From Candidatus Hydrogenedentota bacterium (GTDB lineage: Bacteria > Hydrogenedentota > Hydrogenedentia > Hydrogenedentales > SLHB01): a stretch of DNA of 64,000 nt. The first letter of the stretch is position 1; every line of letters starts with the position of its first letter. The stretch spans positions 352,001-416,000 of the forward strand of contig CAXXTH010000023.1 of assembly GCA_963668025.2 (NCBI GenBank). Reading direction: 5' to 3'. Below the pieces are notes generated by a model. It had not been told where the DNA came from and ran no database searches. It saw only the letters and a program-made list of their open reading frames with translations. Shown piece after piece: positions 49,526-58,603 of this stretch. Position numbers and translations under genes: made by a program.

Positions 49526-50722
49526 ATGACAGCGATCATCGGGATTGTTACGCTGCTGCTCACGGTTACGCTGGGCCTGCTGGTCACCCGAATCGCCACG
49601 GTCGCACTGATCTTCACGGGATTGTCAAAAGACTTGGCGCGGTTCCAGGCGCGGTCGGCTTTCACCTGTTGCGGATTCACGACCACCGAATCCGAGCGCC
49701 TGGTGGAACACCCTGTGCGGCGGCGCGTCATCATGATGCTGATGTTGCTTGGCAACGGCGTCATTGTCATGGCGGTGTCGTCGATCATTCCTGTCGTGCT
49801 CCAAGCAGGCGCGGAAACGGCGACATTCGCGGGAACGTTGGTCCAGGTTGTTGGGCTTGCATCTGGGCTGGCATTGCTTTGGATGCTCGCCGTGAGCAAA
49901 TGGGTGGACCACCATTTATCGCGGCTTATCGGCTGGGCGCTGACGCATTTCACCCATATCGAGCTTCAAGATTTTCATTCCCTGCTCCACCTCTCCGAGG
50001 GGTATTCGGTAACGGAGCTGCAAGTGTTCGCGGACGACTGGGTGGCGGGTAAAAGTCTGATGGAACTGCGCCTCACCGCCGAAGGCATCCAAGTATTGGG
50101 CATCCACCGCCAGGATGGCGAATTCCTTGGCACGCCTACGGGGACGACGATTATTCATCCGGGCGATACGCTGCTGGTGTATGGACAAGGGCAGGATGCG
50201 GAAGAACTCAAGTCGCGTCCGGCTGGTCAGGAAGGCGATGAAGCCCATCGCAGGCGCGCCAAAGAACAACAGCACGCCATCGCGGAACAAGAACGCCAGG
50301 ACCTAATGGAGGTAAGCAGAAAAGGCGCTCAATTGCCCGATTATCATTCCCTGCTCCGCTTGGTTTCGGGATATAACGTGACGGAGATGAGAGTTGGAGA
50401 AGGGCATTGGATGGCTGGCAAACGCCTCATCGATTTACGCCTGGGCGATGAAGGCATTCAAATCCTCGGCGTCCGGCGCGTGTCCGGTGATTTCATCGCC
50501 ACGCCCGCGGGCGGCATATGCGTGTTGCAGGACGATACACTCATTGCATATGGCCAAATGGAAAACATCGCCGAGCTTCAAGGAAGGCCAGCAGGGCCGG
50601 ATGGAGACGCCGCCCACGAAAAACAAGTCCGCGAACAACGCTTGAGCGCGGAAGAACAGGAGCGTCGGGAACAGCGACTGGCAAAAACGGATGAGAACGG
50701 TACAGATGCGACCGGTCACTGA
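49526..50722 (+). CDS. Putative K+ channel/transporter subunit with two TrkA-C (RCK_C) domains
   Basis: ARFQARSAFTCCGFTTTESE pore-like segment; duplicated GY.VTE..W.AGK.L..LRL..EGIQ.LG. Confidence 0.85.
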   Translation: MTAIIGIVTLLLTVTLGLLVTRIATVALIFTGLSKDLARFQARSAFTCCGFTTTESERLVEHPVRRRVIMMLMLLGNGVIVMAVSSIIPVVLQAGAETATFAGTLVQVVGLASGLALLWMLAVSKWVDHHLSRLIGWALTHFTHIELQDFHSLLHLSEGYSVTELQVFADDWVAGKSLMELRLTAEGIQVLGIHRQDGEFLGTPTGTTIIHPGDTLLVYGQGQDAEELKSRPAGQEGDEAHRRRAKEQQHAIAEQERQDLMEVSRKGAQLPDYHSLLRLVSGYNVTEMRVGEGHWMAGKRLIDLRLGDEGIQILGVRRVSGDFIATPAGGICVLQDDTLIAYGQMENIAELQGRPAGPDGDAAHEKQVREQRLSAEEQERREQRLAKTDENGTDATGH

Positions 50723-50986
50723 TTAGGAGAAGGACACCATTTGGATGGAAATGGCGCGCATCCAGCAATTCTATTCTGCGCCATGTGGTGGGAGAGCTTT
50801 CACGGCCGATCTTCGCAAGAAAAACCGGTTCAACCAAACAGTAATACTCAAGTTACAGCAAAACGTGTCCGCAGACTCGAACTAAAAATACTCCAGAAGA
50901 AATAGGGAAATAGTACCGTCGTTATGTCCAGAGCAGCAACTAGCAAAAGGAATAGTGACGTGCCCTGGATGCCTCCTTTCTGCACG

Positions 50987-51046
50987 ATGCAACGCTCAAG
51001 CTGAAGTGCGCGGCGTAGCCGCATTACCTCCAGCGCATTGTTCGGA
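50987..51046 (-). other. Integron attC site (about 60 bp)
   Basis: TCCGAAC-AATGCGCTGGAG..GCGGCTACGCCGC..TTCAGCTTGAGC-GTTGCAT imperfect palindrome at the gene end. Confidence 0.75.
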
Positions 51047-51586
51047 CCTTTTGAGCTTCTGGATGTAAACAATGGCGGCGATCAGACCAATCAGTCCACC
51101 CAGATAGCTACCGTTGTGGATGTAAGCCACCCGCACAAAATTGCGCATCTCTGAAATGCTAAGCCTTGATGCGAGTGGCCGCCACGCCGAATAATCGGGG
51201 CCGTGTCGCATTCCGAAAATGTAGGCCGCTACGGACGCCATTAGTGCAATGACAAACATAATAACGAATCCACGGAGGGTGTAACGAAATGCCACCGCGG
51301 GTGGAAAGGACGGAACAGTCAGCCGCGCGATGAACCAAGCCCCGATAAAGCCAACCCACCAAGTCGCTAAAAAACCGATTTCCGCTACGAAGACTCGCGG
51401 AGGCCACCCGAAGTCCGCATAGTGGAACTGTGCAAATTTGAACTGCGTGAAATAGTCATGCGATATCGAATAGGTGATTTGGTCATGGATAACGCCATAC
51501 ACACCTGCCAGCAGTCCGCCAAGCACTGCATAGCCGAGCATCTTTGGCAGAAGAGCGAGGCGGATTTTTGGGTATAGAATATTCAT
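50996..51586 (-). CDS. Integron cassette membrane protein of unknown function (4 TMs)
   Basis: ATG 10 nt after GTTCGAT, no RBS, 3' end reads into attC. Confidence 0.8.
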   Translation of the reverse strand: MNILYPKIRLALLPKMLGYAVLGGLLAGVYGVIHDQITYSISHDYFTQFKFAQFHYADFGWPPRVFVAEIGFLATWWVGFIGAWFIARLTVPSFPPAVAFRYTLRGFVIMFVIALMASVAAYIFGMRHGPDYSAWRPLASRLSISEMRNFVRVAYIHNGSYLGGLIGLIAAIVYIQKLKRSEQCAGGNAATPRTSA

Positions 51587-51589
51587 AAT

Positions 51590-51625
51590 ATCGAACAACG
51601 GTTATACGGTTTTTTCATAACACCT
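51590..51625 (-). other. Possible attI-like site
   Basis: GTTATGAAAAAACCGTATAACCGTT-GTTCGAT preceding the cassette. Confidence 0.45.
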
Positions 51626-51875
51626 TTGGGCCGCGCGATTGCGGCATAAGACCCCTCCGGCAACGCTGGCTAAAGCCTGTATTTGCAGAGCATTAAATCC
51701 TGCTCTGCAATGGACGCAGGGGAATATATGGCTTCTGTATAACACCCCCTTCGTTCTCCTCTCTACAATCTGAATGGGCAGATCCATACCAAAATCCTTT
51801 CCCATAATTGCTCCTAATATACCAGACCAAAAAGCAGTGTTCAATTCTTCGGCAGGGCAACTGGTTAAAAAAGTG

Positions 51876-51904
51876 TTGACAAGGAGAAAAGGAAATGATA
51901 TAGT
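51876..51904 (+). promoter_or_regulatory. Strong sigma70 promoter
   Basis: A-tract, TTGACA-17 bp-TATAGT, extended -10 TG. Confidence 0.75.
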
Positions 51905-52024
51905 CCATCCAGTGAGTGAGGAAGAGGTCTTGAGACCTCAAAGCACAGGAAGGAAACTTTTTGTGTATCTTCATTCTTCAAGCTGCTACACGCAGCTAGT
52001 TCGAACGGGAGGGAGGTGAAAGAA

Positions 52025-52486
52025 ATGAAAAAGTTCACAGTGATTGCCATCATGACGTTGTCGGTGGTAGCGATGGCTGGTACCCTTGCGGTGCCGTTCT
52101 TCGCAGACCAAGGCAGTGAGGATCCTGCGACGCTTCGTCCGGCGAGCTCAAACGCATTCCGTTCGTATATCGGTATCAAGAATACGACAGCGGAAGTGTT
52201 GACGGTCTCGATTCAATACTGGACAGCAGCGGGTGTGGATACGACCCCGGATGTAAACACCTTCACTTTGGGTGCTCAGCAGGGTATCGGTTTCCGTCCA
52301 GCAGCGCAGGTAGCGGCCTTCGAAGATACGCGCGTTCCCGCGTGTGACAGCTCGGTGGAAGGTTACAAAGTAGGTTCTGCTTTGATGACGTTCGTCGGCA
52401 GCCGTGGCGACCTTATCGGCCGCGTGTTAACGCTGGACGCAGTCGGTCAGTCGGCTTACTTGCTTCCTAGCGGTCCTGAGGCATAA
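52025..52486 (+). CDS. Secreted beta-rich hypothetical protein
   Basis: GGAGGTG RBS, Sec signal MKKFTVIAIMTLSVVAMA, alternating beta pattern. Confidence 0.85.
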   Translation: MKKFTVIAIMTLSVVAMAGTLAVPFFADQGSEDPATLRPASSNAFRSYIGIKNTTAEVLTVSIQYWTAAGVDTTPDVNTFTLGAQQGIGFRPAAQVAAFEDTRVPACDSSVEGYKVGSALMTFVGSRGDLIGRVLTLDAVGQSAYLLPSGPEA

Positions 52487-52529
52487 GACTAAGATTGGGC
52501 TGGTTTTGCCAGCATGATCTAGATAGACA

Positions 52530-52570
52530 GAAAGGCGAGAATGTCGGATGACATGCTCGCCTTTTTCTTG
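52530..52570 (+). terminator. Intrinsic terminator
   Basis: AAAGGCGAG..CTCGCCTTT followed by a T tract. Confidence 0.75.
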
Positions 52571-52635
52571 TTTTTCCCTTCATCACGTTCTTCTTCTTTT
52601 GTATGATTATTTGGCGCCGCATTCTCTTGAGAGGT

Positions 52636-52662
52636 TAAGTTCCGGAGGCAAACTGCCGATAT
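52636..52662 (+). promoter_or_regulatory. sigma28 (FliA) promoter
   Basis: TAAG-15 bp-GCCGATAT. Confidence 0.75.
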
Positions 52663-52718
52663 ATTAATTGGCAAGGACGCCAGGAACAGAAAAACGGAAA
52701 CGCTAAGGAGAGCATAAA

Positions 52719-53021
52719 ATGGTTGGCATTGAAGGTATGGGAATTACGCCTGTACGTGCCAACAACACGGAACAGGCAAGCAGCCGCACACAAAAGGCTG
52801 CAAGCACTACATTGAGCAGTACCGATGGCGTGTTGTTCAGCACGGAGGCCGAGAAGGCTGCTGAGGTTGTTCGCTTCACCGATATGGCGAGTGAACAGCA
52901 ACAGGAACTCCGCCAAGAACGGATTGAAGAAGCACAGCGTAAAATCGAGGAAAGCACCTATAAAGTGCAATCCGTCATCCAATTCGTAGCTGCCCGGCTG
53001 ACAAAATACGTGGCGGAATAA
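52719..53021 (+). CDS. flgM: Anti-sigma28 factor FlgM-like
   Basis: DGVLFSTEA..LRQERIEEAQRKIEESTYKV..VAARL plus the sigma28 promoter. Confidence 0.7.
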   Translation: MVGIEGMGITPVRANNTEQASSRTQKAASTTLSSTDGVLFSTEAEKAAEVVRFTDMASEQQQELRQERIEEAQRKIEESTYKVQSVIQFVAARLTKYVAE

Positions 53022-53275
53022 TCCGCTTACGCTTTATCGGGCGCTCGAACTGAAAAAGCTTGCCTTTTCGGCGAAATCGAGCTGGAAAAGATGCCTAGTA
53101 GCGCAAGCCGATAATCTCTTTTCATCTTCTGCCTCCATGCGAAAGCGATGGCGGCTGTTTTTTTGTTTCAACGGCGTTTTCTTCATCAAACAAGCAATCC
53201 CCCCCAAACTCGATATTGGCATGCTATTCTCTCAAGACGTACAATAGCGCCGTATACAACGGGATTTGGATGCTC

Positions 53276-54682
53276 ATGCTAAAAAATACGGAACACCCTT
53301 CTGATACATGCATCGAAAAAGCGCGAGAAGCTATTCATCGCTATGCCATGTTTCCGCAGGATGCGCGTGTGTTGGCGGCGGTTTCGGGCGGTCCTGATTC
53401 GATGAGCTTGATTCATGTATTGCGCACGCTGGGTTACCAGGTGGAAGCGGGACATTTCGACCATCAAACACGTTCTGGGGAAAGCGCCCGCGATGCAGCG
53501 TTCGTGCAAGAATGGACCAGCCATGAAGGCATCTCGTGCCATATGGGGACAGCCCCAGTATCGAGCCAAGCGATTACGGAAGGACGCTCGTTTGAGGAAG
53601 CAGCGCGCCGGGCGCGATATGCCTTCTTGTTTGATGTGGCTTCTAGGATAGGCGCGCAGGCGGTCGCTACAGGGCACCATGCAGACGATCAAGCGGAGAC
53701 GGTGCTAATGCGCCTTCTACGCGGAAGCTCGCCCCAAGGCTTAGCGGGGATTCCACCCATTCGTCTAGATGGCCCTGCTCCAGTGGCCAGGCCGCTATTT
53801 ACTTGTACACGGGAAGAAATTCTAGCGTATGCCCAGGCTCACGGGCTGCCTTTCCGGGAGGATGCCTCCAATCAGGACTTTCGCCACTCGCGTAACCGGA
53901 TCCGGCATGAATTATTGCCCCTTCTCGAAGCGGGGTATAATCCGCGCGTCCGCAGCGCATTGGTGCGCCTAGGAGAACTCGAGCGCGCCGAATGCGAACT
54001 CATTACGGAATGGGCGTTTAAGTTGCTCGAGCACTGCCTGTCAGACGCAGATACGCTGATACGGCAATACTTCATCGAAGCGCCTCTCGCATTACGCCGC
54101 CGGGTTTTGATCGAGTGGGGTTATCGGCATGGAGCCGCATTGCCGTTTGCTATCGTTGACGCCGCCGATGCCTTTATTCGAGAAGGCCTGCCGGGGCATT
54201 CTTTTGATCTTGGCGGCGGATGGCTGTTGCATAACGCGCGTGCAGTGACGGAAATGAGCGGCATGCCTGGTCGGGAATCCTCTGTGAAAAACGAAGTGCG
54301 GCTTGATGTGCCGGGCCAAACGACTGCGTTTGGGCAGTTTTTTACGGCGCGTATACTGCTGGAGCCGCCAGGGGGTGATCTGCGGGCATATTGTTCGCCT
54401 CAACGCCAAGTGTTTAACGCGGACGAGGTGGGGACTCATTTCATTCTACGGCGGCGGCGTCCGGGCGACCGTTTCATGCCATTTGGATTGGGTGGAACCA
54501 AGAAGTTGAAAGATTATTTTAGCGGATTGGGATTGCCTCATGGAAAGCGTGACGCCGCAGTGATTTTAGATATCGGCGGCCGGATCGCATGGGTTGCAGG
54601 CATGGCCGTGGATGCGCGGTTTGCCGTCACCCGCCATACCCATCGCATTGTCGAAGTGGAGGTGTCCAATGCGGCTCAGTAG
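53276..54682 (+). CDS. tilS: tRNA(Ile)-lysidine synthetase
   Basis: AVSGGPDS, GHHADDQAETVL, RNRIRH, PGDRF..KKLKDYF. Confidence 0.96.
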   Translation: MLKNTEHPSDTCIEKAREAIHRYAMFPQDARVLAAVSGGPDSMSLIHVLRTLGYQVEAGHFDHQTRSGESARDAAFVQEWTSHEGISCHMGTAPVSSQAITEGRSFEEAARRARYAFLFDVASRIGAQAVATGHHADDQAETVLMRLLRGSSPQGLAGIPPIRLDGPAPVARPLFTCTREEILAYAQAHGLPFREDASNQDFRHSRNRIRHELLPLLEAGYNPRVRSALVRLGELERAECELITEWAFKLLEHCLSDADTLIRQYFIEAPLALRRRVLIEWGYRHGAALPFAIVDAADAFIREGLPGHSFDLGGGWLLHNARAVTEMSGMPGRESSVKNEVRLDVPGQTTAFGQFFTARILLEPPGGDLRAYCSPQRQVFNADEVGTHFILRRRRPGDRFMPFGLGGTKKLKDYFSGLGLPHGKRDAAVILDIGGRIAWVAGMAVDARFAVTRHTHRIVEVEVSNAAQ

Positions 54683-55190
54683 CAGGCCGTTGATTACCAA
54701 ATCGCGGATTGCACGCCGGGTGCGGGAAATGGGTGTTTCTATCACTACAGATTTTGTGGGGAAAGATCTGGTATTGCTGCCCGTGTTAAAAGGGGCGTAT
54801 ATGCTGGCGGCGGATTTGGCCCGTTGCATTAATATTCCATTCACGGTTGAGTTCATTCGCGCCCAAAGCTACATAGGCGTCCGTTCCTCAGGATGCGTGG
54901 AGCTTTCGCATTGGCCTGAAGCGGCACTCGAAGGGAAATGGGTGCTGATCATCGAGGACATACTCGATACGGGGCGCACTACGGCAGCGTTGCGCCAGCG
55001 TTTAAAAGCACAGCATGCAGCAGGCATTTCACTCTGTTGTTTACTTGACAAACCATCCCGGAGGGTGGCGCAGTCTGAAGCAGATTATGTGGGATTCACG
55101 ATAGGCGATGATTTCGTGGTCGGGTATGGATTGGACTATCAAGAACAATACCGGCATTTGCCCGAAATATATGTGCTAGAGTCTGATTGA
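54669..55190 (+). CDS. hpt: Hypoxanthine phosphoribosyltransferase
   Basis: VLKGA, IEDILDTGRT, LLDKPSRR, FVVGYGLDY. Confidence 0.96.
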   Translation: MRLSSRPLITKSRIARRVREMGVSITTDFVGKDLVLLPVLKGAYMLAADLARCINIPFTVEFIRAQSYIGVRSSGCVELSHWPEAALEGKWVLIIEDILDTGRTTAALRQRLKAQHAAGISLCCLLDKPSRRVAQSEADYVGFTIGDDFVVGYGLDYQEQYRHLPEIYVLESD

Positions 55191-55272
55191 CAGCCAAGGT
55201 ATGGTTCAGGATTAGTTTGATGGTGTACACTGTTCTCATCAAAGAAAGCCATAACGCAAAGAGGAGGATAGG

Positions 55273-56241
55273 GTGATGCGAATGTTTTATTCTGCCGTTT
55301 TAGCGGGCCTGCTGGCTGCCGTGTTGATGGGGTGTCCGGAAACGCCGCCAGAACAAGATCCCTCATTGGCGGTCTCCACCACGGATCTGCGATTTGCCCA
55401 AGGGGAAACGGTCAAATATTTACAAGTATGGAATAAAGGCGGCGGGAAGCTCTATTTCGATGTGACCCCGAGCAAGACGTGGATACAAGTGGATCCGTCC
55501 TTAGCCACCAGCACGGGCGCACTGGATATTGCCTCCATTAAGGTCACCCTGTTGGATGTAAAAGCGGAATTTTTCGAGGGTGATATTCAAGTGGAAGCGC
55601 CCGTGGGCGGCTCCGCCACCGTGCATGTAACGGCTGGGCCGGATTATTACACCCAAGACTTCGCACCGGACACCTTCGATTTGCCGTTGCAGTCTATTAC
55701 GTTTACACCAAACGACTCGTATAATTTCTACGCGGCGGAGAAGGCCGTTTCCCTCACGTTGCCCACGAATCCAGAGGGCGGCTCGGATCTGCTTCCGTTC
55801 TTTACGCTAACCGGCGATCCCGCGCCGATCCCGCTCAAGGATAGCAAAACGGTGCTGCTGTATGGCGAAGCGTATGATACCGTTTATGTGAGCAGCGATG
55901 GTTATGTGCTGTTTGGCGCGGCAGCCGCGGCAGGCCGGACGGGATTTTCGGTAGCCAGCCATTTTGCCATCCCGGGCATATCGGGGTATTACACTAATCT
56001 CGATCCCACGGCGGGCGGAGAGGTCTCATGGCGGCAATTGGATGACCGTGTGGCGATCACATATCTAAACGTTCCTCTCGCAAGTGGCGGCTTAATCGGG
56101 AATACGTTCCAGATCGAGTTATTCTTTGATGGACGGATTCGCTTGTCCTATTTCCTGGTGCAATCCGCACAAGCAATCGTGGGCTTGTCGTCCGGAGCCG
56201 CGCCGAGTACGTTCGTATCAAGCGATTTGAGTTCCTATTAG
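55273..56241 (+). CDS. Lipoprotein with BACON/Ig-like and nidogen(NIDO)-like domains
   Basis: Lipobox LMGC; VWNKGGGKL..WIQV; YGEAYDTVYVSSDGYVLF, NTFQIELFFDGRI. Confidence 0.7.
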   Translation: MMRMFYSAVLAGLLAAVLMGCPETPPEQDPSLAVSTTDLRFAQGETVKYLQVWNKGGGKLYFDVTPSKTWIQVDPSLATSTGALDIASIKVTLLDVKAEFFEGDIQVEAPVGGSATVHVTAGPDYYTQDFAPDTFDLPLQSITFTPNDSYNFYAAEKAVSLTLPTNPEGGSDLLPFFTLTGDPAPIPLKDSKTVLLYGEAYDTVYVSSDGYVLFGAAAAAGRTGFSVASHFAIPGISGYYTNLDPTAGGEVSWRQLDDRVAITYLNVPLASGGLIGNTFQIELFFDGRIRLSYFLVQSAQAIVGLSSGAAPSTFVSSDLSSY

Positions 56242-56254
56242 CGCAAGGATTCGG

Positions 56255-56284
56255 GGAGGCAGCCCGTTGATCGGGCTGCCTCCC
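56255..56284 (+). terminator. Hairpin terminator
   Basis: GGAGGCAGCCCG-TTGAT-CGGGCTGCCTCC. Confidence 0.65.
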
Positions 56285-56365
56285 ATCCGTTATCCGGGCA
56301 ATAATCTTTTCCTATCGATTGTTCTCCTCTAAATGGCTGTTAGGCCCCAAAAAGGAGAGATCGAA

Positions 56366-57016
56366 ATGTACAAACACGTAAACTATAAACTGGTTTGGAT
56401 GGGATATGTTCTTGCCATGGCGGCGGGAGCAGGTGTGGCTGGCGCTTGGGGCACCGTATGGGCGGCTTCGGCTCCCGTGACGCTCCAGGTGAAAGTAGGC
56501 GATGCTATGCCCGAATTCGACCTGCCCAATTACGATGGACAGGCGTATTCACTAGCTGCTGTCAAAGGGCAGATTGTAGTGCTCGAATTCAGCTCGCAGG
56601 CATGCCCGTACTCGGCAGGGGTAGCGCCTTCGCTTAACCAGCTTGCCAAGGATTATAAAGAAAAAGGGGTAGTTGTGTGGTCGATTGATTCACATCGCTC
56701 CACGACGCCGGAAGAGATCCAAGCGTATGCCAGCAAAGAAGGCTTGGTTTTTCCTATCCTCAAGGATACGGGGAATGCGTATGCGGATCAGGTAGGGGCA
56801 ACCCGCACCCCAGAAATGTTTGTGCTGGACAAAGCACATAGGATATCGTATTACGGTGCTTTTGATGATCGGAGTGATCCGTCAAAAATAGGCGAAACGC
56901 CGTATGTGCGCAATGCGCTGGACGCGTTGCTGGCAGGCAAGCCCGTGGAGCCTGCCGAAGTGACGCCGTGGGGCTGCACCATTAAGCGCGCGGAGGCTGC
57001 TTCGCAAACCAAATGA
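56366..57016 (+). CDS. Exported redoxin (AhpC/TSA family)
   Basis: VGDAMPEFDL, CPYS, GATRTPE, YYGAFDD, WGCTIK. Confidence 0.88.
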   Translation: MYKHVNYKLVWMGYVLAMAAGAGVAGAWGTVWAASAPVTLQVKVGDAMPEFDLPNYDGQAYSLAAVKGQIVVLEFSSQACPYSAGVAPSLNQLAKDYKEKGVVVWSIDSHRSTTPEEIQAYASKEGLVFPILKDTGNAYADQVGATRTPEMFVLDKAHRISYYGAFDDRSDPSKIGETPYVRNALDALLAGKPVEPAEVTPWGCTIKRAEAASQTK

Positions 57017-57108
57017 TGGAATCAATGGTCCAAATACATGGGGATCACCCGTAGGTGGTCCCCTATTGCTGTAAGCTATGGGGTGCATTTTGGAAAGGAA
57101 GCGGAGAT

Positions 57109-57819
57109 ATGCGGTGGCAATCGTTGTGGACGGCGCGTTATGCCGAATGGCGATGGGTGGTGCTGGGTGTGGCGGTAGCCGCTGGAATAGGGGCATGCTC
57201 GAAAGCGCCTGAGCCATCCTCGCCCAATGCGGCGGCAGGCGGAACGGCCCAGGCCGTCCGTACCGCTCAAGCCGTATATGAAGCCCAAGCATTGTATGAT
57301 GCTGATAGCCTATATTCCGCGGAGAATATGTATGCTTCAAATGAGATATCAATCAGTAGTGTTGACAGCCAAAGCGTGATCGTGTCTGGAGGACTGGGAA
57401 ACCTGTTCAAGGCTATTCAATCCAAGAAAGGTTCGCGGGTGATCGTGGTATTTTGGGCACCATGGGATCCAGCAAGCACCGGGGTAGCTAATGAAGTGAC
57501 CCGACTGGCCAAGATTGTGCAGGCCGATAATGTCGCTTTTTTCAGCGTTGCGGTTCGCACGGATATCGATACGCAAATTAGGCCCTACGCTAAAAACAAT
57601 TTTATGCCCGATAAGCTGTATGTCTTAGATGTAGATGCGCCTGCCCTGAAGCAGTCGCTTCCATGTCAAACTTCATGGGATGGATCCTTGTCGGCCACCT
57701 TTGTGTTTGGAACCGATGGCGCTCTTAAGCAAGAATTCTTGCGGCCTGCAATCGCACAAGAGGTGCTTTCTGCTTTGGGCCCTGTGCAATCCTCGAAAAC
57801 ATTACCTGTAGGCGGCTAA
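57109..57819 (+). CDS. TlpA-like thioredoxin-fold lipoprotein lacking CxxC
   Basis: Lipobox IGAC; VVFWAPWDPAS; WDGSLSATF. Confidence 0.8.
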   Translation: MRWQSLWTARYAEWRWVVLGVAVAAGIGACSKAPEPSSPNAAAGGTAQAVRTAQAVYEAQALYDADSLYSAENMYASNEISISSVDSQSVIVSGGLGNLFKAIQSKKGSRVIVVFWAPWDPASTGVANEVTRLAKIVQADNVAFFSVAVRTDIDTQIRPYAKNNFMPDKLYVLDVDAPALKQSLPCQTSWDGSLSATFVFGTDGALKQEFLRPAIAQEVLSALGPVQSSKTLPVGG

Positions 57820-57897
57820 TTGCTGTCAACAAAAGTGCCGGGAACATCGTTTATCGAGCATGCGCATGAATGTGCGCCAACTCGAAGGATGAAACCG

Positions 57898-58596
57898 ATG
57901 CTCTCAAAAACGCGTAAGCAATACTGTATGGCGTGGTGTTTTCCGGCCCTGATGCTGGTTAGCTTAATCCTGATGGCGGTTCATTCGGAGGAAACGGCGC
58001 GCGCGGAGACGAGTCCAGTGGAAGTGCAAGACACGGCCTCGAGGCAAGCGCGCGCCCTTCAAGAAACCCAAGCGTTGTATGAAGCGCAAGGCCTATACGA
58101 AGCCGGGGCGTTGTATGATGCACAGGGGATTTATACGATAGACACCAGTTCGGCGGATGCGCCCGTCGTTTCAATCGAGCCGAAAGAACTCGCGCAGATT
58201 ATTCAGAGCGCTAAGGGCCGCCAGGTACTGGTTAATTTCTGGGCGCCGTGGTGCGCTCCATGCGTGGAAGAGATGCCCGAATTCGTGTCCTTTTATAAGG
58301 CTTCACGAGATGCGGCTATCCGCTTTGTGAGTGTTGTCGTGCTCTCTGATCTGGAAGAGCGGGTTCGCCCATTTCTCAAAAGCAATCCCTTGCCATTCAC
58401 CGTTTATTATCTAAATGCATCCTCGCCGGGCGATGTGCTCAAATCGTTGCCATGGGCAACCGAGTGGGATGGCGCATTACCCGCCACATTTCTGCTGAAT
58501 GCGCGTGGGGAATTGGCGCAGGAATGGCTAGGCGCTACGAATGCCCAGGAATTAGCGGATGCCGCAAGCCTTGCAGCGGAATCGGAATCGCCTTGA
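57898..58596 (+). CDS. TlpA/ResA-like thiol-disulfide oxidoreductase
   Basis: VNFWAPWCAPCVEEMP; WDGALPATF. Confidence 0.9.
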   Translation: MLSKTRKQYCMAWCFPALMLVSLILMAVHSEETARAETSPVEVQDTASRQARALQETQALYEAQGLYEAGALYDAQGIYTIDTSSADAPVVSIEPKELAQIIQSAKGRQVLVNFWAPWCAPCVEEMPEFVSFYKASRDAAIRFVSVVVLSDLEERVRPFLKSNPLPFTVYYLNASSPGDVLKSLPWATEWDGALPATFLLNARGELAQEWLGATNAQELADAASLAAESESP

Positions 58597-58603
58597 GCAT
58601 TGA

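Noticed and set aside
57455-57480. Selenocysteine or sequencing error explaining the missing CxxC
   Set aside because: The codons are GAT and AGC, there is no TGA, and the frame is intact
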